A stretch of DNA of 64,000 nucleotides, from positions 46,688,001-46,752,000 of the forward strand of contig NC_087436.1 of assembly GCF_036321535.1 (NCBI RefSeq). Direction: 5' to 3'. This DNA comes from Camelus dromedarius. Lineage: Eukaryota. Position numbers and translations under genes: made by a program. This document shows positions 1 to 14,030 of this stretch, one piece after another. Under the pieces are notes generated by a model that worked only from the letters and a program-made list of their open reading frames with translations, did not search any database and was not told the DNA's origin. Position 1 is the stretch's first letter; every line of letters starts with the position of its first letter.

Positions 1-420
1 AGTAGAGAGGAATTTTTTTTTTTTTTGGTCAGATAATAAGATACAGTTTTAACCTAGACTTGTTTCCAAAGACATTTTGCAGTTTAGATGACAGTCTCTT
101 GAACTATGCTGTTTTCCTCTCGGTTTCCTATAAGCAGGACTATGTTATTTTCCCCAGCTCAACCAGTATTTTTTGAGGGGTAATTCTATGCCAGGCACTG
201 TGTGAGGTACTATTATGTCTCATGATCTATACAAACTCTTTCAGATGCAATATTAAGTTGTGGATTTTGTCGTTATTATTGTCATTTTAAACTTTTAAAA
301 TTAAAATTTGCAAGTAAAACATAGGTACATGCCCACTGTAACCACAGAGAACACATGGAACAAGTTCCCTTTCATCACTGCTCTCACTTTAGTTCTCCTT
401 CCAGAGGTAGTGAGGACACT

Positions 421-3400
421 GGGATTAGCTCTGGAATGCATGATTGGAATAAACATCCTCAGATATGAGAAGACTCCCCACCTTGGTTTCTGACCCACAG
501 AGTGAGGACTCTAGTGGTGGGAAAGGCTAAATGGAGCCAACAGAACTGCCTTTCCCTCCAAAATGATAAATCAGAAGTGACTACACAGGTTGATGCCACC
601 CTCAAGGACTTGAAAGATGCAGGGTGGCCATTCCTACCACATTGCATTCAGTTAGCCAATTTGGCCCTTGTGAAAGAAAGATGGATCTTGGAGAATAGCA
701 GTGCATTAATGTAAACCTAGTCATGTAATGCTTCCAACTGCAGCTGCTGTTCCATACATGGGTTCATTGCTGGAGCACATCACATCCCCAATAGTCATTA
801 GGTAGCTATTGATCTGCCAGATGTTTTTTGATCTACACACTGGTAAAGACCAACAGAAGAAGTTTGTTTTCAAATGGTAGGGTCAGCAGTACAACTTCAC
901 AGCCCTATCTCAGGACTATATCAAATTTCCAACCCTATGTTATAATTTGATTTGTGGGAAACTCTATTGCCTTTTCATTCACGGGATATCACACTATACC
1001 ACTGCATTAATATTATGAAGATTAGACCTAGTGATCTAAGTAGCAACAACACTAGATACATTGGTAAGACACACACTTGACAAAGAATGGAAAATAAGCA
1101 CAGTAAAAGATCAAGGGCTTCTCAGTGAATTTTCTAGGGGTCTAGTAGTTTGTAACATGTGAGCTATTCCTTCCAAGGTAAAGGATAGTTGCTGCATCTA
1201 ACTCCTCCTTCCACTTAGAAAGATGCACAATGCTTAGGGAGACACTTAGGACTTTGGAGACAACATATACCTCACTTGGTCATGTTATTCCAATCCATTT
1301 AGTGAGTAATCCAATAACCTGCTGATTTTGAGTAGGACCCTGTACAAGCAAAGGCTATGCAATAGGTCCAGCCTTCCAAGCAAACTGCTCTGTCACTTGG
1401 ACCATATGACTCAGCAGATCCAATATCATTTGCATTGTCTGTGGCAGATAAGGATGCTCTATGAAGCTTTTGATGAGTCCATTTAGGTGAATTACAGCAT
1501 GGAGCCATAGGGTTTTAGCGCAGACCTATGCCATCCTCTGCAGATAAATAATTTCCTTTGAGAAATTAGCCTCTGGCTTGCTTAGTACAGACTAAGCTAT
1601 TGACCAAGGGTGACAAGTTACCATGAAACATGGACCGGTCATCACCAATTTGGCATCATCTGACCTATCAACCCATAAACATGGGTGTCCACAGCAGTAT
1701 TCCATCATCAAATGAAAGTGTTATGCAGGAGATCAGGCTCGAGTCAGTCCTGAAGGTACATGTAAATTGCATAAGAAACAATCCAGATGCACATGGCCCA
1801 CATTCCTGCCACACGGCCTCTTCTCTCTCAGCCTATACATATGGCATTATGGAGAGTGCCCTATGATAGGTTAACTGAAGATGAAAAAATGGGCGCCTGT
1901 TTTACAGATAGTTCTGCATAATGTGTTGACACTACCTGAAAGCAAATGGCTTTGCATTACAGCCTCACTTGGGGGAAGCCTCACCTGAAGCAAGTGATGA
2001 GGGGGTATCTTCCCAACTGGCAGAATGTTAACACTGTACCAGGTTTTTCATTTTGCCTGGAAGGAGTAATGGCCAGAGTTGCAGATCTATAGTGATTCAT
2101 GGGCAGTGCTAATCATTTGGCTGAATGGATGGCCAGGGAGTCAGGAGGAACACGATTGGAAAGTTGTTGAGGAGGTCCAATAGAAAGGCATGTGGATAAA
2201 CCTCTCTGTACTGGTACAAAAGTGAAGCTATTTGTACCCCACGTAAATAGCTACCAAAGAGCAATCTATGTAGGGAAGAATATACATACTCAGGTGAATA
2301 AGATGACCCATCCAGTGGACATGAGTCATTCTCTCCTCCCAGTCACTTGTGTCCTGGGCCAAAGGGTCCACAAACAAAGGCAGCAGAGATGGAGGTTACA
2401 CATGGACTTTCACTTGTCATAGCTGATCTGGCTAGAGCCACTGCTGAGTGTCCAACCCACCAACAGAAATCAATGAGCCCACAATCTGGCACCATTCTCC
2501 AGGAGGGTGAGCAACCCACTTGGTAGCAGGTTAATCACATAGCAGCACTTCCAGTAGGCACTTGGTTCTTACTTAAATAGATATTCACACTGGATACAAA
2601 TTTTCCTTCCTTGCCCACAATGCTGCTACCAAAATCACTATTGTGTGGACTTGAAGAATGCCTTACTCAGCATTGTAGTGTACCACCAGCATTGTTCCTG
2701 GCCAAGGAACTTGTTTGACAATAAATGAACTGTGGCAGTGGATTCATGTTCATGGAATTCACTGGTCGTAGCATGTGTGCCATCACTTTGAAGCAACTGT
2801 GTGGAATGGTGGAATGGCCTTTGGAAAATTCAGTTATGATGCCAGATTAATTTCAACACCTTTTGGGGCTGGGACAATGTCTCCCAAGATGCAGCATGTG
2901 CTGTAAATTAGTCAATATATGATGTTTCTCTTAGAACCAGGAATCAGGTATAAAAGGTGGCAGTGACTCTTCTTACTGCTACTTCTAGTGATCCACTAGT
3001 GGAATTTTTGCCTTCCATTTCCTACAACTTTGGGCTCTTCTGGTCTAGAAGTTTTAGTCCTAAAAGGAGGAATCCTTCCACCAAGGGACACATCAGTGGT
3101 TCCATTACATAGAGATGAGACTGTAACCTTGCCCCTTCAGTGTCCTCATGCCATTGAATCAAAAAGTAAGTAAGGAGTACTGTATTGAATAGGGGGGTTG
3201 ATCCTGACAATCAAGGGGAAATTATATTATCACCCCAAAATGACAATAAAGAAGAGTGTGTCCAGAATGAAGGAGGTTTCCTGAGGTGCCTTAGTACCTC
3301 CATATTCTGTGATTCAAGTCTATGGGAAACTTAACAATGCAATAAGGTTTAGGTCAGTCTGGCAGGCAAGGAACCACTGCCAGCTGAGGTTTTTTCTGAG

Positions 3401-3856
3401 GGTAAAAGGAAGATGGAATGGGTAGTGGAAGACTGTAGTGATAAATCCCAGCTATGTCCATGTGAGCAGTTGTAGAAACAAGCACTGTAATAGTTATGAG
3501 TATTTTTTCTTATTTTGATATGAATATTTTTGTATATATTAACCATTTTTTTCTATTTTTGTCTCCCATTCTCCTATCATATATAATATATTGGATGATA
3601 GCATTTAACTTCTCAGTATTTAAGATACTGGATATCAAAGAAGGAATATGATTTATCCAAAAGACAGATGATTACCGTCCCAAAATGGATAAAAGGTCTT
3701 TGCTTTCTCTTTGGAGAGAGCATGTTATAGTTGTATGAGAGGTCATTGTATTATGTTAGGAAGAAGTATAGTGTTGCTATTGACCTTATTTGAAAATTAA
3801 ATTAAATATGGTTTTAAAAAGATCAACTTGGATACAAAGTTAACAAAGGATAGACT
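421..3856 (+). mobile_element. Degenerate ERV-L internal region (end of protease, RT, RNase H, integrase, dUTPase; no env)
   Basis: Fragmentary translations match ERV-L Pol: LECMIGINIL and VVGKAKW (protease/RT junction), DATLKDLKDAG, PQDYIKFPTLCYNL (RT), VKLFVPHVNSYQR..QVNKMTHPVD (RNaseH/IN). A post-integrase dUTPase remnant follows (GLEVLVLKGGILPPRDT, VDPDNQGEI). Many stops and frameshifts; PPT-like aagttaacaaaggatagac precedes the LTR. Confidence 0.9.
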
Positions 3857-3952
3857 GGTGGATTTGTATCATATCAATTTAGCTAAGCTGAAACTATTTC
3901 CCAGAATCCCTTCACTGCATAGTTCTGAATTACTGTGGGCCCCAAAGACACT
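3857..3952 (+). mobile_element. 5' part of the 3' LTR of the ERV-L (MLT2E/F-like), truncated
   Basis: Follows the PPT; tcaatttagctaagctgaaactatttcccagaatcccttc resembles the start of MLT2E/F as recalled. Confidence 0.6.
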
Positions 3953-3959
3953 ATCATTT

Positions 3960-4390
3960 TCGAGACATTTATTTAAGCTAGCCAAATAAATTTCCAGTGT
4001 TATTATCAGTTACTTGTAAAACATTTAAAATACTCAATTGAAAATAGTAGATTAATGAAATGAATTATGAAGCATCCATAGGGTAGAATACTATACAACC
4101 ATTAAAAATGATATGGTAGAATTTTATTTTCTGAAATGGACAGATGTTCACAATAGGTTTAAAGTGATGAAAGTCAGACCACAAGATCTATGTAGGGTAT
4201 TGGCACAGTGGTTATTGTATGCATTTTCTGAGCGTTGTACATTGAAAAAAGTGTGAAGGGACACAAATAATAGCTATGTGATGAGTTTACAGATCTTTTT
4301 CCCTTCCTTGGAACTGTGTGTATTTTCCAATTTTTCTACAATAAACATATATTGCTTTTGTAATTAAGATCAAAAATTTAAATAACATTT
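3960..4390 (+). mobile_element. Old L1 (L1ME-like) 3'UTR fragment
   Basis: gaatactatacaaccattaaaaatg and ttttctacaataaacatatattgcttttgtaatt are typical of old L1 3' ends. Confidence 0.55.
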
Positions 4391-5114
4391 TGTTGGAACA
4401 CAACAGATATCTTCTCTCTGGTGTTTCATCATCGGCATATCTGTCTCTGTACCCAGGTATTGTTCACTGCTGTACTCTGTAAGAGATAAATAGTAATGCT
4501 TCCCAAATTGGCTTCCATCCTAAGTAAGAGTTGTTGCATGTTTACTACTATGCACCATCAGACAGTCCACTGCAGTATCAGAAACTTGGCATCTGGAAGT
4601 CAGGGACAATATGTTTTTCACCACTGAATTCCCTGCACCTCTCACAGTGCTGGCACATAGTAGGAGTTATTAGTTGAATGAATCAATGAACAAATCCTTG
4701 CTCTTCCATCTCACCCTTCAATGTGTCATCTTAACAATGGCATTTCTTTAATGTTTCTTTGGTTTGTTCCCTCCTCTCCATCACTACCATTTGTAGTCTA
4801 GACATCATCTCCTGCCCCAGTTCCCTTCAGCTTGCATCCAGGGTGCTCCTTCTAAGAAACTGAACACATCTCAATACGCCAATCAAGATGCTAACTAGAG
4901 AGAACTAAGCAGTTGCACCAGAAGAAAAATTTGGTTTGTTTTCATTCATTCCTGTCTTCTTTCTTTTCTATCTCATAGATCCTTTCCATATTTTAATACC
5001 TGTTTTGTGAAAGTTGTGGGTATTTTCTGAAAGCATCTGCTTTCTCTTCAGGAGAGGTGGGAACCCATGAGGGCAGGAGGTAGTGCTGGTGATGATAATG
5101 TTCGCCATTCATTT

Positions 5115-5850
5115 CTTTCTTCATCCATCGAGCATTTGCGGCACATGTAGCAGAGACAGGCACTGTTCTATGCAACCGTGTTGCCAGGATAACCGTGCCT
5201 GATTCCTGCCCCCAAGAAGCTGTCATTCTAATCAGGAGAGAAACACACACACTGTGAATGGCAGAGCTGAGTGAGCAATGCATGCTTACTGGAGGTTTGG
5301 ACAATTGCTTTGAGAGTCCTGGAGTGATTCATTCTCTCAGGTGGGAAAAGGCAGGCTTACAGAGGAGGTCACGTTTGAGCTGAGCATCAAAGGAGGAGCT
5401 GGATTCCTTCAGGGTCAGGAAAAAGCTTTTCGGGCATGAGGACCAGTCTGAGCAATGGCAGAGAGGTGAGAGAGCCCAAGGGAAGATGAACAGTTGTGTG
5501 TGACAGAGAGGAAAGGAAGAATGGCTAGAAACACGACTCAAAAAGGAAAGAGAGAGCCTGATTTAAGTGGGTCTTTCATGACGCATTTAGATTTTATTAT
5601 GTGGACAATAAAAAAAATTGAAGGATTATTTTTAAATTGAAATAAGCAGTTGTGTGTTGGAACATGGAGGGATAGCAGAAAGATGTGAGGCAGATAGACT
5701 GTTTAGGACCTTGATGTGGGAGTCCAGATCAGAGACGACGAGGGTCTGTGATAGCCTGAGGAAATGAGGAGAGCAGGGAGGTTGGTGGTAATAGATTACA
5801 AAGACCTTTCACAGGTAGAAGCAGTTGAATTTGATCAACAGATATGAGGC
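5115..5850 (-). mobile_element. L2 fragment
   Basis: cattcatttc..catccatcgagcatttg..caggcactgttcta at the L2 3' end, followed by purine-rich L2 body. Confidence 0.6.
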
Positions 5851-7129
5851 TGGGTTATTCGGGAAGAGTGGACTCTGATGAAAGTGAACTGTTTAATAAT
5901 GGCCCTAGGCAACTGGGCAGCTATGTCCAGGAGCTGGACCAAAGAAGAAGGCTTTTCCTGGAGCCTCAAGCAATGCTTCAGTGGATACAAGAGGCAGGTC
6001 GGAGAAGAGCTTCTTCCCCCCAGAGACTGTGATTCGGTGCACACCCTGCCCATCACCTCCATCCCACACAAGTCTTCTCCGAGGGAGATGCAAAGAGCGG
6101 GAGGCTGAGGATCTGCCCTCTGCCTGGTGAGAGCTACTATTCTAGAAGGACCCTCCAGGAGCGGACCTTGGTGGGATTGGGAAAAAGGCCAGGGTTAGAG
6201 ATCCAGGAGTCAGCAGCATCTGGGTGATAGAGTCATGTCAGTGGATGAACTGCTGAAACATGAGCTGGAGCAGGTAGGGGGTTTGCTTGGGAAGGTCATG
6301 GATGTCCTTGGGGAGCTGATAAAAGCTATGAGCTCCCTTCTCAGAAAAATGCCCATACATACCCACCACTGTGGCTGTAATTATAGGAGGTTCACAGAGC
6401 AAAGTTAAAAGAGTGAGAGGGAAGATTGCTGAAGATGATGCCCAGGGAATCACCCACATGATCCAGAGGATACTGCAAAGTTGATACAGCAAGATCAAAG
6501 GAGCAGAAGAGCCTTGGGAGAGCAGGAGCTAAGAAAGCTCAGGAGGCAGAGTTTCCAGTAAGTCACAGCCACATGGAGTGAAACTGAACAGAAGCCACCG
6601 GGTTTGACAATTGGTCATTGGTCACCTTTAGCCAGTAAGTATATTATTATGGTGACTTGAGGACAGATATGACTCTAGTACTAGGCACAGTCCTGGAACA
6701 TGGTATCATGATGAATACTCGTAAATGTTTGGTGAATTAATTCATTAATTTCAGTACCATGGTGTCAGGAGAAGCCAGAGTGCAGAGAAAAGTGAATGCG
6801 GATTTAAAAAATAATAGTAGTGAATTAATATAGGATTTATCCCTCCCAACACAGCTGGGTATGAAAGGAAGAGGAGGGCTGAGGTGGCAAGAGAGAGGTT
6901 CATACAGATGGTGGGACCTGGGTACGTTTGGGTAAGATGGGGAAGAAAATTGCGGAGAGGGAGGGGACTGAAGATGGCAGAAGGAAAGAAGGTTAAGTAG
7001 CTGAGAGTGTGTGGATGGAGCTCACCAGGGGTGAAGTTTACCTTGGAAGAGATTTGAGCCATCTTCTAAAGAAAGAGAGCAGAAAGAAGATTAGAAGCAT
7101 AAGGCAAAAAACACTGAGAGTCTACCCAG

Positions 7130-7300
7130 AGGAATTATATTAGATTGTCTTATTTAAACCATCTCATAGGTGTTAGTGATTTCATTTTTCAGATGAGGAA
7201 ACTGAGGTTTATAGAGATTGACAAACATGGTCAACTTGCTTGACAAAGTCAGAAAGCGGCAGAGCCCTGGCCTGCTGAGTCCAAAGCCCACGCTTTTATG
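7130..7300 (-). mobile_element. MIR SINE
   Basis: Core cagatgaggaaactgagg. Confidence 0.7.
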
Positions 7301-8051
7301 AGCGTTAACATTCTGAGGTGCCAAAGAGGGGAAGGGAGCTGCAGAAGTTCATGTCCAGTGGTTTCTATGCTTTCAGATACTATTAGATCACTTGGAGTGA
7401 GTGCTGGTTTGGAGAGGAGGTAAAGACTTTGAGACAGCCGCTGCGAACAGCCGGTTACTATGTAGTATAGGGATCCAGATTTTTAAAAACTTAATTAATT
7501 AATACATAGTTAATTACCTATGTAATTTTCTGAAATATATGTAATATATATACACACCTTTTTACATTAAATTTTTTTAAGGAAAATAACTGTAAATCTG
7601 CACAGTTTTAGCTTCCCTGCAAAGCTGTTGCAATTCAACTCAGTAACTGTGTTTTTATGTAATTCCTTTCTGTGGCCACAGCAGGGCAGGAGTTCTCTTT
7701 TATAAAAATTACAGCCCTGTATAATTTTAGCTGCAGCAAAATGTATTTTTGATACCTTGAGATTTATAAGCTGTATTCGCACCATATATATTGCCTATAA
7801 TAAAAAGGCAAACTTATTTAAAAGAAACTTGCCTCAATGCTATGATCAAGTAAGTGCAATGAAACATTACACAAATGGAAAAGGCTGCTTCTCATGCTGG
7901 CAAGCCTATCTTTAAAATGCAAATGGTTTACTCTTTTAATGATGAAAGAAGAATCTTGGGAAAGCAATATTTTCAGATGAATAAAATATCAAACCCAGGA
8001 TATTTTCTTTTATATCTAGTTGCTTTGCAAGTAATATAGACTTATAAAAGC

Positions 8052-8083
8052 AAAAAAAAAAAAAAAAAGAGAGAGAGAGAGAG
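8052..8083. repeat. (A)n(GA)n simple repeat
   Basis: Directly visible. Confidence 0.9.
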
Positions 8084-9531
8084 ATGTGTACTTGTCTGGC
8101 AAGTTTTCATTATTAAATCTTAAAAAAGAGAAGAATTTCTAGTTAAACTTTCTAAAGTAAACTTATTAGATTTTGTTTCTTAATACAGAAATTTTTTAAG
8201 AACAAATAACAAAAGTGGCCTACAGCATCATCATACAGAGGATTCCTATTTTTTAATTACTTCATTTATTTTATTGATTAAAAGATAAGGTCACCTGTTC
8301 AGTTATAAAATTCAAACAGTACAAAGGCTAAAAACATGAAAAGCAAATGCCATCGCCCCCTTATCATCTCCTTCCCTTCTCTATTCCTTTTCTCTGAAAG
8401 TAACCATGATTAGTAAATTCTTGTGATGAAGAACATTTTCCAAGGAATATGTTACCCCATGATTAGGAATGGCATTTAAAACAACAGGCTTTAATCTTTT
8501 CAAAAGAATCTGAACCAGAACGCAGATTGTAATTTGGTTGCACATGTGAAATGTGGCAATGGCCCCAGAACCAAAGGCTTGAGTAACTGGCTCACCAAAA
8601 CACCACCATCCCCGCCGCCGACACTTTTTGGAGTGAATAAGAAATCAAAGTGCCTTCTCACCTCCAGAAATGATCCTTCCAGAGGTAAGGTATCTGGGGT
8701 ACGTTTGACCAGCAGCTGCTCCTGCTGTCTGCCAGAAGCCCAGAGAAAAGACCACTGTCTCCAGGGCTGTCAATTTGGCCTTTTCACAAAACAAAACAAA
8801 ACAATTCTAGCTTGGAAATGACAAGGGACCCTTTAAGACATTGATTTACCCATATTTGCACACATTGAAAAGTATGTTTTATATATATACTGAATAAAAT
8901 ACCTAACTTTTTAAGAATGTTGTAAAATATTTCCATATGTACATTATATCAAAGTACTTCCCCCCACCAAGTTCGGTTGAAAGGAAATACCCAGAGCATT
9001 TGGCCATCAGAATAGATGTCTCTAGTTGTGGTTTTCAGATGCCCTAACGTGCTTCTGCCCAGAACTAATCAAATACAGCTCGGCACTTTCAGGCAGGGAG
9101 TGTGTATGTATGTAATTCCTCACAAAGAGAAAAAAAAAACAAAGACGAAAACGGGAGTAAAACATGATAGAAGAGGTTAAGATATCATTTGGCTTTTTGG
9201 TTTATTTCCAGCATTATCAATTGTCTTTAATCATTTAAAGTGAGAAGACTCCATCATGACCATCTGGATGGATGCACTGGGCTTGTTTCTCCATAAGTAT
9301 ATGAGAAGGCAGTTTTTGTACCTGAAGCGGGAAAAGGCCATGCAGTCTGTGGTGTGGATAACTCGGGATATTTAATTGAATCCTAAGAACCTCTTAAGTT
9401 ATATTGTCTCCGATTTATAGGTGAGATGATTAAGACTTAGAGAGGGTAAGAAACTTGCTCAAAGTCGCCTAATTGGTTAGTGGTGGACTTAAGATTTAAA
9501 CCCTTATCTGTCTAATACCCAGTTGTACATA

Positions 9532-9754
9532 CAGTTGACCCTTGAACAATGCAGGAGGGTAGGGGTGCCAACAGTGAAAAAATGGGAGTAAGAAAATCTG
9601 AGCATAACTTACAGTCAGCCATCAGTATCCTTGGTTGTGCACCTACAGATTTAATCAACTGCAGCTCCTGTAGTATTGTAGTTTTTACTATTGAAAAAAA
9701 TCTCCAAATAAGTGGACCTGCACAGTTCAAACCTGTGTTGTTCAGGGTCAACTG
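9532..9754. mobile_element. Tigger2-family non-autonomous DNA transposon (MITE) with both TIRs
   Basis: TIRs cagttgacccttgaaca and tgttcagggtcaactg, flanked by TA target duplications (9530-9531, 9755-9756). Confidence 0.85.
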
Positions 9755-9789
9755 TACTTTCTTCCAGGTCTTATGAAAGGACCGTCCAA

Positions 9790-9950
9790 AATCCATCTCT
9801 GTGAGAACCAGATAGGAGATCTTGTTAAAATGCATTGTTCTTGGCCCAACTTTCAGAGATTCTGATTGAGAAAGTCTTAGGTGGGGCTCAAGAATCTGCA
9901 TTTAAAACATCTCCCCAGAAGATTCTTAAGTGAATCTGGAGTGTGAGAAT
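9790..9950. mobile_element. MER5A-like hAT-Charlie element
   Basis: cttgttaaaatgca..gattctgatt..ggtggggctcaagaatctgcattt matches MER5 as recalled. Confidence 0.7.
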
Positions 9951-11899
9951 CTCTGTCTATATGGTAATGCTCAGATTTTTAAAACAGAAAGGGAAGTTTC
10001 ACACGACAAACCTCCTTTGAGCCCCTGATGACCATTTGTAAAGAGGTGGCAATCCCAGTGCACACTTCACCACTGACCATGTCCTTGGCATGACCTGTTA
10101 GCTCTGTGTTTATATTAATAGTGTGCACGATCCTGACTCCCAGCAGGTTGAACTACCAGCTTCCCTTGCTCAAAATTCTTTAAGCGGAATTCAGTCTTTC
10201 AACCCACCGTTAGAAATTCTAAAACTAAAATGTAAATAGTTCTAGAGGGAAGACACTGACTCATGGTTCACACAACGACTGAGGGCAGGTGTATTCTGAG
10301 ATTAGGTTTTAAAGAGACATGGAGAGGGGCCCAGAATTAACATTTGTTAAGTACCTGCTAGGCGCCAGGCACACTTAATCTTTATAAACCTTGGAAGATA
10401 GGTATTTGTACACCCATTTCTGGGGTTCATAAAACAGAAACTCAGAGAATTTAAGCAACTTCTCAAGGCCACATAACGACAGTAATGGAGTTTATGCTTT
10501 GCCCACATCAAGACACATGCCTGCATTTGTGGGAAGAGGAGCAAAGGAAGGGAGATGGGAGACTCCAGAAATTCTCCCCAGGCTGTGACAGCATGGAGCC
10601 TGGTATACACTCAGGGCAGTTATTTGTTGAATGAATTGATATCAATTCTTCATGCTATCAAAGAGAACTTTATAAATGCCACTGTACTTAAAGCCTTTGG
10701 TGTCTCCTGATTGCTCAGAATAGTGGTTCTCTAACTTGTTCAGAAAGCAAAGCGCTTAGAAATCATGGTGCTTTTTTTCAGAATGTGATAGATTTATGTA
10801 TTAAATGACAAATTAATTTACTGTTAATCAGATTTTGTGAAAACAACATTAGCACCAAAGATTTTTAAAAAAAATAGAAATCAACACATTCACCCATAAA
10901 TTTGTAGTTTTTTCTAAAAATTGGGAATCCTAGATTACCCTGCAGAAATTCAAAATTTTATGGTTTGCTCTTTCTTTTTTCCAAAATGCTAAATTTCTCC
11001 AGATAATGTTCAGAAGAAAAATATAATCTTCCTGGTTTTACATAGTGCATTCCTGGAAATTTTAGTATTTATTAAAACCATGCAAAAAATATTCTTTTTA
11101 AATGGAGTTACCAAGGCTGAGATAACAATAAACAGATTTGCCACCTATATGAAAATCTGGTTGGGTATTGGAAAGTCATTTAGGACTCAGGATGATTTGC
11201 TGAGCAGGATGCCCTATATATTACAGAGTGTAGCATCAATGCCTCCCAAAATTTCCAAAATGCCCTAGGTGCCATTTCAGCTTGAAAGACTGATTTAAAC
11301 TAATCTACCAAGAGTCATGAGTAGCTGAACTAAACTGTGAGCTCCTGGAAGGCACTGGTGGTATCATACTCACCCTCAGAGCCCCATCCAGTGCCTGAAG
11401 CTTAGTAGATGCCCAGTTCATCACCAGGACAGTGAAATGAAGTAATGAATCCATGAATGGGAGACTTTCAAAGTCACTAAACCAAACTTCCAGAGCAGGT
11501 AAGTGACTTAAGATAACAGAAGTCGTTAGTGGCAGAACAAGTGCTGTAGTCCAAATCTCTTTGCTTCCAGTGTAATACTGTTCCTACAGTATCAGGGATC
11601 TTCAAATCATGGTACTTCATACTTTAATCTCCAAGGTTGCCTGAAGACATCCCAAGGGGCACTGGAGTTTCCTTGATATTTTTAAAAAGCGATAGAACAG
11701 CTTTTTAAAAAATTATTCATATCTTTACTATGCTGGAAATTATATCCTTTGCAATGACTTAAATTTATAATGAAAAGTTTGGGGTGGTAATCTAAAAATG
11801 TGCATGAGTCTACAGAGGTTTTCAAAATTCTTTAAGGAATATGCAAGCAAAAAAAAAAAAATTAAAGACCATTGCACTGTACCACTGTTTTAGTGGTAT

Positions 11900-12070
11900 A
11901 CTGCTATGTAACTAACCACCTCAAAATTTAGTGTATAAAACAAACTTTTTTTTTTTTCCCTCACTGTTCTTTGGGTTGATTAGACTCAACAAGGTAATTT
12001 TCTGCTGGTCTCACTTGAGGTTTCTTATGCAGTTGTCAGCTGGCAGCTATAGCTGGAAGCAAGAGTCCTC
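11900..12070 (-). mobile_element. MLT1 (MaLR) LTR fragment
   Basis: tgctatgtaactaaccacctcaaaatttagtg motif. Confidence 0.55.
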
Positions 12071-12075
12071 TAGAG

Positions 12076-12260
12076 CAGGGAGGGTCCACAACGTACTACC
12101 TACAGGCCAAATGTGACCCCACATTAGTTTTATATATAAAGCTCTATTGAAACACGGCCAATGACCATTCACTTAGGTATTGTATTGTCTATGGCTGCTT
12201 CCACACTCTATCAGCAGAGCTGAGTTGTTTCAACAGAGACCATATGGCTTAAAGCTTTTA
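12076..12260. mobile_element. MER58A-like hAT element
   Basis: ggccaaatgtgaccc..ataaagctctattgaaacac..ctatggctgcttccacact..cagagaccatatggc. Confidence 0.7.
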
Positions 12261-12775
12261 TAGAAGTTACACTAAGATGCAATAAACATTTGAATTTTCT
12301 TTCAAGACCATTTGTTCTACAGGCATGTCAAACTGTAAGCTTATTTCCAACCTGAGAGAGAGAGGGCATATCCCTGAGGCTATTTGGATAGGCCAAGGAA
12401 TATAGAGGTTGAATGAATATCAGGGGAATTGAGTCAGTAATTTTGATCCATTTCCTCCTTAATAGTAGGTTGATGCCTAAATTATCTAGGGGATCGCATA
12501 ATTTAAATACCCTCTAATTCAGAGGAGTGTCTTTGCTCCTAACTGAAATCATTTAGGAAAGCTTTTCTTTCACTGGTCTCCTGTAGGAAGGGACAGGTGG
12601 CACGGATCTTTTGGCTCTGGGGCCATACAGGTGGACTAGAAGCCGTGTGCTGGCAAGGATGCTTCTTCTCAGTGATTTCAACTTGCTCACACACATCAGA
12701 TTTACAGGGCTCTGAGGGTTGAGAGTGAATTGGGTTGCATGTATTGCTTTTTATTTTTCTACACAAGCTGTTTCT

Positions 12776-12931
12776 TTATAGCTGATTTACGATTCATGTG
12801 TACAGCAAAGTGACAGCTTACATAGTTCTTTTTCACATTTTGTCCCATAATAGGTTATTACAAGATATTAAATATAGTTCCCTGGGCTATATAGTAGGTC
12901 CTTGTTTATCTACTTTATATATAGTAGCATG
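12776..12931 (-). mobile_element. Short 5'-truncated L1 3' end with TSD
   Basis: Cetartiodactyl-type L1 3'UTR (tgtacagcaaagtga..atatagttccctg..gtaggtccttg). Flanks tacacaagctgtttct (12760-12775) and tatacaagctatttct (12932-12947). Confidence 0.8.
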
Positions 12932-13859
12932 TATACAAGCTATTTCTCAACTCAGGGCATTTATACATGTTGGTTCTTATGTCGGGAATGTTCTCCTTGT
13001 CACCCAGCTAACATCTCCTTGTTCTAAGCTTCAACGTGACTTCCTCAGAAAAGCCTCCCTTCACTCCCCATGATGTTCCTTTCTTACATGGTTTCACAGC
13101 ACTGTGTACTTTTCCTTTTCGATTCTTATCCTAATGGGTGCAATTAAAAACTTGCATCTTCAATTTACGGGTCCCCCAATGTACCATAGCTGGGGAAGTC
13201 TGCTCTGATTATTGTATTAATATTCACCAAGCAGCAGTTCCTGAAACATAGTAGTTTCTAATAAATACTTGTTGGGTGAATGAAATCTAAAGCAAGTTAC
13301 ATAGTAATGTAAAATGTATGGCAAAAATATCTACATAATCCTTCAAATTGACCAAAAACATTTAAGACTTACCCTAAATTACTGACATGCTAATATTTTG
13401 GAAACCAGAAGTATCTTTTTTTTTTTTTTTTGGTAGGGGAACAGGAAACAAGGCAGAAAGTATCTTTTGATTCAGAATTATTATGGATTTTATCCTTTAG
13501 AAATTCATGAAGATAGTCAACTTTAATACTCTTGGTTTAGAATACAGTGTTTGTCATATATAATTTTCATTGTTTAGAGATGAAACTTATACCTTTGCAA
13601 GATTTTAAATTATTTTCCTCTACATTCACATAACTTCACATAATGGATTCAATAAAAGCTCCATTTTGTATTTTATAAAATCAAATTCCAGAATACTTAC
13701 AAAGTATAAGAGTTTATTTCAAAAAAACCTTTAAGTGCAAATCATTACCAAATATGTACCAGATATATGTAGAGTTCCCGGTGCCAACAGCATCATACCT
13801 AAGTTGTGGTAACAGATTGTAACTTAAATAATATCCAGTGACTTGCCAATAGTACTTAG

Positions 13860-14030
13860 TATCAAGTTTCCTGGGGGCAAAAAGGATTTTGTAGCATTTG
13901 GTTTCCCAGGTGTAAATACTCCCACCATGCCAACATCAAGGTACCAAACTGACATCACTAAACACAGAGCTGGACAGAGAAGCACATGACTAACTCTCAC
14001 AGCTGGGATGAGCTGACTCCACACAACTTG
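13860..14030 (-). mobile_element. MER63-like hAT-Blackjack element
   Basis: ggtgtaaatactcccaccatg..caag..taccaa..tgacatcactaaac..gagctgg..gaga matches MER63 as recalled. Confidence 0.6.

Noticed and set aside
5835..6108. Four overlapping ORFs
   Set aside because: Locally GC-richer sequence next to L2 remnants; no recognisable protein.
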